Below, piece by piece: positions 20,504-29,443 of a DNA stretch of 64,000 bases. The position numbers and the translations under genes were made by a program. The notes under the pieces are model-generated. The model was not told where the DNA came from and did not search any database. It saw only the letters and a program-made list of their open reading frames with translations. Where the stretch lies: positions 864,001-928,000 of the forward strand of contig CAVRCF010000005.1 in NCBI GenBank assembly GCA_963719505.1, in the 5' to 3' direction. Origin of the DNA: Halobacteriovoraceae bacterium (lineage in GTDB: Bacteria > Bdellovibrionota > Bacteriovoracia > Bacteriovoracales > Bacteriovoracaceae). Within the stretch, counting starts at the first letter, position 1. Each line of letters starts with the position of its first letter.

Positions 20504-20556
20504 CTGGTATACTAGAACTTATTTTATGGATTGAAAAACTTAATGCTTTGAGCAAT

Positions 20557-20582
20557 AAAAAAGGGAGTGATTACTCACTCCC
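20557..20582 (-). terminator. Intrinsic terminator of the Cys/Pro-rich protein gene
   Basis: gggagtga-ttac-tcactccc followed by T6 on the minus strand. Confidence 0.85.
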
Positions 20583-20613
20583 CTAATATTGATTAATGAC
20601 TTTTTATTAAAAG

Positions 20614-22614
20614 TTACTCGTTTCCTCTTCCTCTTCTTCGTGAACTTCCAGAGCTACCTGAGCTACGACTTGAACGTCCTGAGCTACTTGATCTTGTGCT
20701 AGAGCCTCTACTTGAAGATCCAGAAGATCTACTTGTTGTAGGTCTTGATGGTCTTGAAGGTCTGCTTGTAGTAGGTCTTGAAGGTCTACTAGGACGACTT
20801 GTCGTTGGTCTTGATGGTGGTGTAGGTCTCGTTGTTGGACGTGACGGACGCGTTGGCGTTGGTCTTGTCGTTGGACGTGACGGAGGTGTTGGTCTTGTCG
20901 TTGGACGGTTCGGTCTCGTTGGAGTCGGTCTCGTTGTTGGACGATTTGGTCTCGTTGGAGTCGGTCTCGTCGTTGGACGGTTTGGTCTCGTTGGAGTCGG
21001 TCTCGTCGTTGGACGATTTGGTCTCGTTGGAGTTGGTCTCGTCGTTGGACGGTTCGGTCTCGTTGGAGTTGGTCTTGTCGTTGGACGGTTTGGTCTCGTT
21101 GGAGTTGGTCTCGTCGTTGGACGGTTCGGTCTCGTTGGAGTCGGTCTTGTTGTCGGACGGTTCGGTCTCGTTGTTGGACGGTTTGGTCTATTCGTTGGAC
21201 GATTTGGTCTTGTATTTGGACGAGTAGGTCTCGTCGTTGGACGATTAGGTCTGTGCGCTGGACGGTTAGGTCTCACAATGACAGGTCTGTTTGGTCTTGG
21301 TCTTGTGTGCGGTCTGTTTGGTCTTGTTTGAACAGGTCTATGCGAAACACATCTTCCAGCACTCGGAGAATATCTTCCAGATCGACAAGTTCTATTTGAG
21401 TAAACACTTCTTCTTACACATCTTAAAGCCCCATGGTCATATCTATAACCACCACGACAAGTTGAATAAGATGTTCTTGAACGACAAGTCCCAAAACTTG
21501 GATCGTAGTAACTTCCTTGACGACACTGTCTTGTATTAAATCGACATGTATAACCATCCCAGTATTGTCCAGCTCGACAATAAGAGAAGTTAGAAACGCA
21601 TCGACCTTGGTAGCTTGAATAATGAGTCCCTCTACCACATTGTGTTTGACCAGCGTATATACAGCTTCCGTATGTCCAGCTGTATCTATAACCTATCGAA
21701 CATGTCGTCGTTGATCTGACACATCTATTAAAATAAGAATCGTATTCGTAGTTATATGGACATCTTTGGTAAGAATTTCTCACACATCTATAAAGAAAAT
21801 GGTCGTAGTAACTACCAGGAGAACAGCTTACATGAGTTGGTCTTGAGTATCTTACACAAGCATTAAGTTGTGGGTCCCAAAAAGTTCCAGCTTCACATGT
21901 TGATCCAGAATTTTGAACACAGTAACCAAGAGTTTCGTCGTAATAATAACCAGCATCACACTGATAACGATCAACTGTTTCTGCACTAACTTCTAATTGA
22001 AATTGTTTATAAACATACAGCTCAGAAAATTCCGTTGTCTTTTTTGCAAGAACAGTAAATTCATAAACTCCAGCATATGATGACGTTCCAGAAATTTTTA
22101 AATCTTTACCGTCTTCGATATCTAAACCTTCAGGAAGCTCTCCCTGAATAAATTCTAGAGTTGTATCGTTTGAATTATTGAGAAGTTCAATTGACTGCTC
22201 TGCATATTCATTTTTTTTGAAAGACTTTAAATGTCTATCTGTCTCAAAATTTGGATGCTCTATGTTTTCATTTTCTTCAGAGATAATACAAACTCTATGT
22301 GTATCAGCTTTATCGCTAGAGACAGAATTCATCTCAACGAGAAAACATAATTTCCCTAAAAATTCAGGAGAACCAGCAAGAATAAATGTGTTCTGTTCAA
22401 GTGGAGTTAAAATTAATCCAACAGGTGTTGCATTTGAGTTGATTTGAAACTCTAATTCTTCATCACTTTCCACTGAGAATTCAACTTCGGAATACTCTCC
22501 ATACTTTACTGATAAATCTTCTTGATTGTACTGCAGTCTAAATTCGTTGGTTCCATTGGCAAAACTTGCTAGTGAATAAACGAATAAAGAAAGCATAATA
22601 AACATTTTTCTCAT
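20614..22614 (-). CDS. Secreted modular protein: Ig-like region, ten Cys-Tyr repeats, Pro/Thr/Arg repeat tail
   Basis: Signal peptide and AAGGAG RBS; GELPEGL...ISGT...GVYEFTV Ig-like motif; ten C-x(10-12)-C units; PTTRPTPTRPNR repeats; Ser/Arg-rich end. Confidence 0.8.
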   Translation of the reverse strand: MRKMFIMLSLFVYSLASFANGTNEFRLQYNQEDLSVKYGEYSEVEFSVESDEELEFQINSNATPVGLILTPLEQNTFILAGSPEFLGKLCFLVEMNSVSSDKADTHRVCIISEENENIEHPNFETDRHLKSFKKNEYAEQSIELLNNSNDTTLEFIQGELPEGLDIEDGKDLKISGTSSYAGVYEFTVLAKKTTEFSELYVYKQFQLEVSAETVDRYQCDAGYYYDETLGYCVQNSGSTCEAGTFWDPQLNACVRYSRPTHVSCSPGSYYDHFLYRCVRNSYQRCPYNYEYDSYFNRCVRSTTTCSIGYRYSWTYGSCIYAGQTQCGRGTHYSSYQGRCVSNFSYCRAGQYWDGYTCRFNTRQCRQGSYYDPSFGTCRSRTSYSTCRGGYRYDHGALRCVRRSVYSNRTCRSGRYSPSAGRCVSHRPVQTRPNRPHTRPRPNRPVIVRPNRPAHRPNRPTTRPTRPNTRPNRPTNRPNRPTTRPNRPTTRPTPTRPNRPTTRPTPTRPNRPTTRPTPTRPNRPTTRPTPTRPNRPTTRPTPTRPNRPTTRPTPTRPNRPTTRPTPTRPNRPTTRPTPPSRPTTRPTPTRPSRPTTRPTPPSRPTTSRPSRPSRPTTSRPSRPSRPTTSRSSGSSSRGSSTRSSSSGRSSRSSGSSGSSRRRGRGNE
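20885..21172. repeat. Intragenic tandem repeat, 8 x 36 bp (12-aa unit), with degenerate flanks
   Basis: Unit gg(a/t)gt(c/t)ggtct(c/t)gt(c/t)gt(t/c)ggacg(g/a)tt(c/t)ggtctcgtt repeated head to tail; differences fall at third codon positions of the minus-strand gene. Confidence 0.95.
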
Positions 22615-22677
22615 GTCTTTCTCTCCTTACGATTAACATTAAGTGTCAAAAAATAAATTTTGTAACAAAGGTTAAGT

Positions 22678-22693
22678 TGCAAAAGATGGGCCA
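22678..22693 (-). promoter_or_regulatory. Sigma-54 (RpoN) -24/-12 promoter
   Basis: Minus strand TGGCCCATCTTTTGCA = GG-N10-GC, 63 bp upstream of ATG 22614. Confidence 0.72.
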
Positions 22694-22782
22694 TTAAAAC
22701 GGTCTGATATCGGTGTCAATTTAGGATTTTTTGTGGTGATTTAAGACAAACTGCACCTTGCGACGCAGCTTATGGTGTCGCG

Positions 22783-23178
22783 TTATTTTTCTTTTTTGGT
22801 TATAAGAGAAACATTTTCTAATTTATTTTTTTGCAAAGAGTCTAAAACTTTCACAAGCCTTTGGTACTTAACATCGCCATCCACACGAAGATTAATAAGA
22901 GTTTTACTATCGACGTCAGAAAGTTTTTGTTTTAAATCCTCCATTGAAAGTTCACTCCCCTCAAAGGCCACCTGCTCACCAGTCATTTCAATTGTGACAG
23001 ATTTCTTTAGAGTTTTATCTCCCTTTCCTTCTTCTGTTTTTGGAAGACTCAAAAGGAGAGCAAGTTCTTCTTTCTTAAAAACGGATGAGACAAGAAAGAA
23101 AATCAAAAGGAGAAAAACCACATCAATCAGTGGAGTTAATTCAGGTGTTAATGTTTCTCTTCTCGACTTTCTGGCCAT
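22783..23178 (-). CDS. exbD: Biopolymer transport protein ExbD/TolR
   Basis: LTPLIDVVFLLLIFFLV TM with conserved Asp; LRVDGDVKYQRLVKVLD periplasmic motif. Confidence 0.92.
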   Translation of the reverse strand: MARKSRRETLTPELTPLIDVVFLLLIFFLVSSVFKKEELALLLSLPKTEEGKGDKTLKKSVTIEMTGEQVAFEGSELSMEDLKQKLSDVDSKTLINLRVDGDVKYQRLVKVLDSLQKNKLENVSLITKKEK

Positions 23179-23198
23179 AATATTCTCTTTTCGTTTTT

Positions 23199-23720
23199 TT
23201 ATTTTTGAAAATTTTCTTTAACGACTTTTTTCTCAAGTTCAATTTCTAAATCATCTAAGACGCCAACTAAATAGTTATAACCAACGAAATGAGGGATTGC
23301 CACGATGAGGCCTCCAACTGTCGTTATTAGAGCCATAGCAATTCCACCAGCAAACATCGATGGGTCACTTAGACCTTGCTCACTAATGACTTTAAAAGCA
23401 GACAAGATTCCCAAAACTGTTCCTAAAAGACCAAGAAGCGGGGCAATTGATGCAATGATTTTAATAGTGTTTAATCCCGACTCCAAAGCATGGACCACTG
23501 ACTGCACTTCGTCCTTTAAGATATTAATAGCAATATTTGAATCTGTATTTCCGTAGCCTTTATATTTAGAAGTGACCTCCGCTCCTAAAGCATCTTTGTG
23601 TTTTCTAGCGCCGAGGATTGTGAAAATTTTCCAAAATAAAATGGTAAAGCCAATGATATTTAGCACAAGAAGAATGTACATAATAGGTCCACCCTGGTTG
23701 ATATAATCAAATAATCTCAT
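23199..23720 (-). CDS. exbB: MotA/TolQ/ExbB proton channel protein
   Basis: IAPLLGLLGTVLGI and AGGIAMALITTVGGLIVAIP; directly upstream of exbD. Confidence 0.9.
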   Translation of the reverse strand: MRLFDYINQGGPIMYILLVLNIIGFTILFWKIFTILGARKHKDALGAEVTSKYKGYGNTDSNIAINILKDEVQSVVHALESGLNTIKIIASIAPLLGLLGTVLGILSAFKVISEQGLSDPSMFAGGIAMALITTVGGLIVAIPHFVGYNYLVGVLDDLEIELEKKVVKENFQK

Positions 23721-24405
23721 CTGTACTTCCTTTAATGTTTATTTCAACAGTTTCATCTTTCTTTTTAAAAAATATTTTTCTTATGATCCAAATCAAAAGA
23801 ACAAGGACAATAACGCCTAAAAGTATAAGCTTAAACTCTTTTATCTTTTCAAGTATAACTTCACCATAAGTGGCCACAAGATAAACTTGTGTTGGAACTG
23901 AGAAAAGAGCTGCAAAGCCATCCACCATAATAAACTTCCAAATGGGAACGCCCATTATTCCGCAACTAAGATGCCCTGGAAATCTTACACCGGGTGTAAA
24001 GCGAAAGATACCACAAGCCCAAAAAGAATATTTTTGAAAAAGCTTGTTAATCTTATCCAATCGAGACGTGCCTATTTTTTTTGTAAAAAACTTTGAATGG
24101 ACAATCTTTCGTCCAAAGGTCTTGCCCAAAAAATAAATGAGCAGGTCGCTTCCAAGAACCGCAATAAAACAAACGATACACAATGTAACAAGGTTTACTC
24201 CCTCAGCTCCTGGAAATGGAGGTGGATATTGCCCTGGATGAGCGGCCATGTAGGCAACTAATCCGGCCGAGACAAGAGTCATCTCTTCTGGAATTGGAAG
24301 TCCAAATGAGCTCGCCGTCATAAATAAAATAATGAATCCATAAACCAATTGAGGTTGGTAGGCGTAAGTCGCAAAAAATTCAATGAGGTTAAAATCTAAC
24401 ACCAC
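23707..24405 (-). CDS. DedA family membrane protein
   Basis: GLPIPEEMTLVSAG, GSDLLIYFLGK and RFTPGVR motifs. Confidence 0.9.
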   Translation of the reverse strand: MVLDFNLIEFFATYAYQPQLVYGFIILFMTASSFGLPIPEEMTLVSAGLVAYMAAHPGQYPPPFPGAEGVNLVTLCIVCFIAVLGSDLLIYFLGKTFGRKIVHSKFFTKKIGTSRLDKINKLFQKYSFWACGIFRFTPGVRFPGHLSCGIMGVPIWKFIMVDGFAALFSVPTQVYLVATYGEVILEKIKEFKLILLGVIVLVLLIWIIRKIFFKKKDETVEINIKGSTDEII

Positions 24406-24424
24406 TAAACATTAAGCCACTTTC

Positions 24425-27010
24425 CTATTCTAGTAAAGAGCGAATTGGTTTTTTATAAACACCTGACGCATTGAGAAGCACAAGGAGAAATGTTATTAAT
24501 ACGACTATCATTATCAAGTAAAGATAATAAACATAATCAACTTTCCATACTCCATCAAAGAATACTTGAGAGAGTAAGTTTCCAACAATCAAGCTTAAAC
24601 CTGAGCCCAGAATCGTAGCTGATATAGAAATTTTTATAAACTTGTAGGCAAAAATCATAATTATATTTTTTGGGCTCATACCAAAAGATTTTAACAGAAG
24701 GATATCGTATTGCTTCTTACGCAGTTGATTTTGAATTATTGCGTAGACGACAAAAAAGCCCACCAAGATACAAAGATAGGCCATGATCTTTATCGCAAAT
24801 GACATCGAGTTAAAAACACCTGAAATTTTCTCTAACAATTCCGACACATTGATAATCGATATGTTTGGAAATTTATCCACGATAAGATCTTGGACATCGA
24901 GTTGCCTTTGTTCCGACAGCTCATCGATCGCACCGAGATAACTTTGTGGTGCATCTTCAACAACTCCTTCTTGCAGGGTAATAAAAAAGTTTGGCAAAAA
25001 GCTAGTCCATTTAATTTTACGAAGTGAAGTGACGACACCTTTAAATTCTACACCTAAAACATCAAAGGTAATTGTGGATCCAACGTCAGCTTTAATTCGA
25101 TCGGCGTACCTACGGTCTAGAGATATCTCAAATTCACCCTCGCCACTATATTTTCCTTTAAAAGGCTCACCCTTAGTAAGAGTTTGTGTATAATTGAGTT
25201 CATTAGAATATGTAAGGTTAATCCCGCGATTTCTAAAACGAACTCTTTGCTCATCCTCTCTGGTTTGAAACTCACCTTCGTCTTTTTCTCTGGTAAACTC
25301 TTTTCCATTGAGCTTTGAAATCCTAGCTCTAATCATAGGAGTAAGATTGAGAATGGGAATATTTTTTTCTTTTGCAAAAGTCACTAGACTCTCTTTTTGC
25401 TCTTGTTGAATATCAAACATAAAGAGGCTTGGCTTTTTCGTTTTCGAATCTAAAAGTTCTTCATTTAAACTGACCTCTAATTGAGAAATGATAGACAGAA
25501 GCATGACTCCTATACTGATAGAGAGGAAAGTGAGGGTTGTTGGAATTCTCTCTCGAAGAAGAAATCTCAAGCTCACCCCAAATTCTATATTCACCACAGA
25601 GGAGAAAGTTCTCTCTTTGTCTAAAAACAATTTTTGTAAAAGAGTCAATACATAGGGAATAATAAGAAAAATCAAGCCTGAGCTTAAGATGAGAATTAAA
25701 GTAAAAGCACTACCAATAACAACAGAATGAGCTTGCCAAATTGAGACGAGTTCTATGGCAACAAGTAGAGGAAGAAACTTGAAAAAGTCGGTTTTATTAA
25801 ACTCAAATTTAAGATTCTTCTCCCCTCCAAAAAGATCGTGTGATTTTTTACCAATTAACTTTTGAATAATGGGATAACAAATCAAAAAAGTAAAAAGAAG
25901 AGCAATACATAAACTTATCAACATTGACTCAAGGGAAACATACAACGAAACTGGAACCTTTAAAACTTCACTTAACTGGTTTGCTCCCAGCGGTAAAATA
26001 ACCGCCCCTAAGCTACTTGAAATAAGGACAGCGATAGTTCCTAAAAAGATAAGCTGCAAAGAGAAGACTTTAAAAATACTTTGTGTCCCTAAGCCCAATG
26101 ATTTCAAAATGGCAATATCCACTATCTTTTTAAAAACGAAATCTTGAAAAAGAAAAGCAGCACCAATAGCAGATAAGAAAATCGCGACGAGTGAAACAAG
26201 CCCTAAATAATCAGACAAGTAATTCAAAACTCTCCCTACCTGCTCACTTGAGTTCTCAGGCAAAAGCACTTTAAAGGCTGGATCGTCGAGGACATCGAGA
26301 ATTTCAGTTTGCATTTTTTTAAAGTCGATGGATTCACTATTATCTAACTTATACTGATAGGTATAGTTGGCCACGCTTCCCTGACTTACGAGCCCCATTT
26401 CTTTTTCGTACTTTTTATTGACGTACAACTTTGGCGCTAAAGATATTCCTCTTGATGAACTTGTCGAGTCATTTTCGATAATATCATCAATAGTGAAGAC
26501 CACTTCTCCAAGTCTCAGTTTGTCCCCTAAATCCACCTTTAGTTGATGGGCCAGCTCTTTTGAAACCCAGATGAGAGGAGATTGGTTAAGGTTTTCTCTC
26601 AAATCCAGGTCGAAGGATTCTTTGTTTTTAAGAGTGATTTCTCCATACAAAGGATAATTTCCTGAAATCATTTTAATCTGAAGAAGTCTGGACTTCTTTG
26701 TCTTCTCATTTTGTCCCATGGAATAAATCTCTGAGACGAAAGACTTTATGGGAGCATTTTTAGAGAATGTCGTGAGGATTTTCTCGACTTTTTTTGCCTG
26801 AATATCTGATAGTTTCTTTCTTGAACTCACAGAGACATCACTTGCGAGAAGAGTTCTTGATCTAGCACTCAAAGATTCGTTAACACTTGTTTTAAATGAA
26901 TGAAGAACGAGAAAGCCAAGGATACCTAAGCTTAAATTGAGAATAAAAAACAAAACAAATTTTTTACTATTCGAAAGTTCTCTAAAAGCAATTTTAAAAA
27001 TCAATCTCAT
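24425..27010 (-). CDS. ABC transporter permease, FtsX/YbbP-like
   Basis: 861 aa, duplicated FtsX layout, IAILKSLG and LLKSFG motifs, PSLFMFDIQ. Confidence 0.88.
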   Translation of the reverse strand: MRLIFKIAFRELSNSKKFVLFFILNLSLGILGFLVLHSFKTSVNESLSARSRTLLASDVSVSSRKKLSDIQAKKVEKILTTFSKNAPIKSFVSEIYSMGQNEKTKKSRLLQIKMISGNYPLYGEITLKNKESFDLDLRENLNQSPLIWVSKELAHQLKVDLGDKLRLGEVVFTIDDIIENDSTSSSRGISLAPKLYVNKKYEKEMGLVSQGSVANYTYQYKLDNSESIDFKKMQTEILDVLDDPAFKVLLPENSSEQVGRVLNYLSDYLGLVSLVAIFLSAIGAAFLFQDFVFKKIVDIAILKSLGLGTQSIFKVFSLQLIFLGTIAVLISSSLGAVILPLGANQLSEVLKVPVSLYVSLESMLISLCIALLFTFLICYPIIQKLIGKKSHDLFGGEKNLKFEFNKTDFFKFLPLLVAIELVSIWQAHSVVIGSAFTLILILSSGLIFLIIPYVLTLLQKLFLDKERTFSSVVNIEFGVSLRFLLRERIPTTLTFLSISIGVMLLSIISQLEVSLNEELLDSKTKKPSLFMFDIQQEQKESLVTFAKEKNIPILNLTPMIRARISKLNGKEFTREKDEGEFQTREDEQRVRFRNRGINLTYSNELNYTQTLTKGEPFKGKYSGEGEFEISLDRRYADRIKADVGSTITFDVLGVEFKGVVTSLRKIKWTSFLPNFFITLQEGVVEDAPQSYLGAIDELSEQRQLDVQDLIVDKFPNISIINVSELLEKISGVFNSMSFAIKIMAYLCILVGFFVVYAIIQNQLRKKQYDILLLKSFGMSPKNIIMIFAYKFIKISISATILGSGLSLIVGNLLSQVFFDGVWKVDYVYYLYLIMIVVLITFLLVLLNASGVYKKPIRSLLE

Positions 27011-27672
27011 CTTTTATCAAGCCTATGATTTTTGAGTTGATACACTTCATCACACTGTTTTGACAGTTCAATATCATGGGTCACCAAAATCATGGTCGTT
27101 CCTACATTTTTCACAAGATCAAAAAGAAGCTCCATGACTTCCTTTCCTGTCTCTTCATCTAGGTTACCACTGGGCTCATCAGCAAAGATAACTTTTGGGT
27201 TTGTGACAATAGCCCGAGCAATGGCCACTCTCTGTTTCTCTCCACCACTTAACTCATGGGGAAAATGTGAAGCCCTTTGCCCTAAGCCTACTTTCTCTAG
27301 GCAGTCTTTAGCTTTTTGCAGGGGATTATCTATTTTTAAAATCTCCAGAGGCAAAAGAACATTCTCTAAAGCCGTGAGATTTCGCATAAGATGAAACTGC
27401 TGAAATATAATACCAATATTTTTTGCTCTAAAAGTGGCGAGATCACTTTCGCTGAGGCTTGTGATATCTTGATTATTAACCACCACGGAACCTGTGTCGG
27501 GTTTATCCAGTCCAGCCCCCAGAGACAGAAAAGTTGATTTACCACTTCCAGATTTTCCAATGATAGCAATACTGCTAGACTTTTCAACTTGGAGGCTCAG
27601 CTGATCTAAAACAAGAAGCTGATTCTTATCTTTTCCATAAGACTTAGAAATTCCTTTTATATCAATAATCAT
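27007..27672 (-). CDS. ABC transporter ATP-binding protein, YbbA/LolD-like
   Basis: GKSGSGKS, LSGGEKQR, FADEPSGNLD, VTHD. Confidence 0.95.
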   Translation of the reverse strand: MIIDIKGISKSYGKDKNQLLVLDQLSLQVEKSSSIAIIGKSGSGKSTFLSLGAGLDKPDTGSVVVNNQDITSLSESDLATFRAKNIGIIFQQFHLMRNLTALENVLLPLEILKIDNPLQKAKDCLEKVGLGQRASHFPHELSGGEKQRVAIARAIVTNPKVIFADEPSGNLDEETGKEVMELLFDLVKNVGTTMILVTHDIELSKQCDEVYQLKNHRLDKR

Positions 27673-28274
27673 AAAAGCTCTTTTTTAATAACGGGATAAA
27701 GCTTTTTAGCGATGACTTCATATCCCTTTTTATTGGGATGAATTCTATCCCCAAGGTTTAACTCTGCCTTTCCCCCTACTCCCTCTAAAAGAAAAGGATA
27801 GAAAGCGAGTTTATATTTTTTCTTTAGTCTGATGAAAATATTTTTAAACTTTTCTTGATACTCTTTTCCGTAGTTGGGTGGCATCTGCATTCCGCATAAT
27901 AAAATTTTCATTTCATTTTCACGGGCCAATTCAATAGTCTTTTCTAAGTTTTTATAGGTCGTTTCGATATCAAAACCACGCAGTCCATCGTTCGCTCCTA
28001 GAGCTAAGACCAGATGAGTTGGCTTTGCTTTTAAAAACCACTTTAGTCTTGAAGGCCCTGATGAGGTGGTCGAACCCGATACTCCACCGTTGAGAACCTC
28101 TACGTCTATATTATCTTTTTCAAACATTGTTTCTAAAATGGAGGGAAAAGAATCTTTTTTTGGCAGCTGGTACCCCTCAGTAAGAGAATCCCCTAGAAAA
28201 AGGATCTTACTCTTTCCTAAAGCTGAAAAAGACAAAAGAACCAAAATTAACGATATCAAGCTTAGATTTTTCAT
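27669..28274 (-). CDS. tesA: Arylesterase / acyl-CoA thioesterase I (GDSL/SGNH hydrolase)
   Basis: FLGDSLTEG, NGGVSG, LGANDGLRG, PPNYG, DRIHPN; beside ybbA/ybbP-like genes. Confidence 0.88.
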   Translation of the reverse strand: MKNLSLISLILVLLSFSALGKSKILFLGDSLTEGYQLPKKDSFPSILETMFEKDNIDVEVLNGGVSGSTTSSGPSRLKWFLKAKPTHLVLALGANDGLRGFDIETTYKNLEKTIELARENEMKILLCGMQMPPNYGKEYQEKFKNIFIRLKKKYKLAFYPFLLEGVGGKAELNLGDRIHPNKKGYEVIAKKLYPVIKKELL

Positions 28275-28311
28275 CTAAATAACGTAACTTACTTAAAATA
28301 GAAAAGAAAGC

Positions 28312-28341
28312 TTGAACAGATACCCCAAAACTTTGTATAAT
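28312..28341 (+). promoter_or_regulatory. Sigma-70 promoter upstream of the small membrane protein and EEP gene
   Basis: TTGAAC (28312-28317), 18 bp, TATAAT (28336-28341). Confidence 0.7.
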
Positions 28342-28364
28342 ATAAATCGAAACAAGGAGTTTTT

Positions 28365-28466
28365 ATGAGTATCGCGTTAAAAGCCATTGCCGTTGTTATG
28401 TTTGCTCTCGTGGCCATTTTGGGCATCACTTTCGCTGTGGGCTTACCTCTTAACTTTGTTATGTAA
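28365..28466 (+). CDS. 33-aa single-pass membrane microprotein (not in ORF track)
   Basis: AAGGAG RBS, ATG 28365, MSIALKAIAVVMFALVAILGITFAVGLPLNFVM, TAA directly followed by the next ATG at 28467. Confidence 0.7.
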   Translation: MSIALKAIAVVMFALVAILGITFAVGLPLNFVM

Positions 28467-29399
28467 ATGCTCAAGATCTTCCAGTTAAATTGTCAGGATC
28501 TCTACTTGTTCATGGACAAGTATAATGGAGAAGATCTCGAAACCCTTCATCCTCCGAAGTGGCAACTTTTTACTTCTAGTTTTTTCCCAAATAAATCTCT
28601 CAAACAACTTTATGAACTCAAAGAGATGATCAATGAGATTGATCCTGACGTTCTTTTTCTAACCGAAGTTGGAGGACCTGAGAGCCTTGAAAACTTTAAC
28701 TCCTTTTTCCTTAGCAATAAGTACAAGATCTACTGTGAGCCAAGTAATTCAGATCGAGGAATCGATTTGGGCTATATGGTCAAAAAAGGTTTGAAGTACA
28801 AAGTCCAAATCAAAAATCACACAAAGCCTATTTTACAAAATGGTAAAAAGTTTTCCCGAGGAGTAATGGAGCTTAGGCTTTCTTTGGATGATTCTTTTGT
28901 CTACGTGAACTTTTTATGTCACTTGAAATCTAAGCTCAATCTTAAGAGAGTCGATTTTGAGGGGCGAGGTCAAAGGGCAGCTGAAATAAACTATCTAAGA
29001 GATCTCTACCTTAAGACATCAAAGAAATATGACCGAATTCCAGTAACCATTAGCGGAGACTTCAATGGTGTCATCTTTGAAAATGAAACAGAAGAAGAGT
29101 TCCTTCCCCTATTGGAATCGACGAAGCTCAAAGATGTGTTTGAGCTCCTTAAAAGACCCATTGAGCAAAGAATGAGCTACTGTTACTTTAACAGGCAAGG
29201 CACCAGGTATCCCATGCAGCTTGACTATTTTCTAATAGATGAGAAGTTTTCACACAGGCTAAGTTCAGAGTCCACACTTTTAGGATTCTCTCCTCCTTAT
29301 ACATCGACATTCGAATTACCTGACTCCATGAAAGAGAAAAGGGATCTCCCCAGTGATCACTTCCCCCTATTTATTAAACTAAAGTTAACGGACAAATAA
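28467..29399 (+). CDS. Endonuclease/exonuclease/phosphatase (EEP) family protein
   Basis: QLNCQDL, DVLFLTEV, NSDRGID, HLKSK, GDFNG, LDYFL, PSDHFP. Confidence 0.92.
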   Translation: MLKIFQLNCQDLYLFMDKYNGEDLETLHPPKWQLFTSSFFPNKSLKQLYELKEMINEIDPDVLFLTEVGGPESLENFNSFFLSNKYKIYCEPSNSDRGIDLGYMVKKGLKYKVQIKNHTKPILQNGKKFSRGVMELRLSLDDSFVYVNFLCHLKSKLNLKRVDFEGRGQRAAEINYLRDLYLKTSKKYDRIPVTISGDFNGVIFENETEEEFLPLLESTKLKDVFELLKRPIEQRMSYCYFNRQGTRYPMQLDYFLIDEKFSHRLSSESTLLGFSPPYTSTFELPDSMKEKRDLPSDHFPLFIKLKLTDK

Positions 29400-29407
29400 G
29401 CCGATAA
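29380..29407 (+). promoter_or_regulatory. Sigma-28 (FliA)-type promoter upstream of the YceI-like gene
   Basis: TAAA (29380)-N16-GCCGATAA (29400-29407). Confidence 0.6.
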
Positions 29408-29443
29408 GTCGCTAATATAACTTTAAAAAATCGAGGTATAAAA

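Noticed and set aside
20885-21172. 36-bp periodic repeat as a CRISPR array
   Set aside because: Units are contiguous with no unique spacers, vary only at wobble positions of a coding frame, and no cas genes are present.
20696-21331. Plus-strand 211-aa Gly/Leu/Val repeat ORF (and 20832-21227)
   Set aside because: Antisense shadow of the Pro/Thr/Arg repeat; the minus-strand gene has the RBS, signal peptide, promoter and terminator.
28289-28474. Minus-strand 61-aa ORF
   Set aside because: Antisense to the 33-aa ORF that has the promoter, RBS and a TM sequence.
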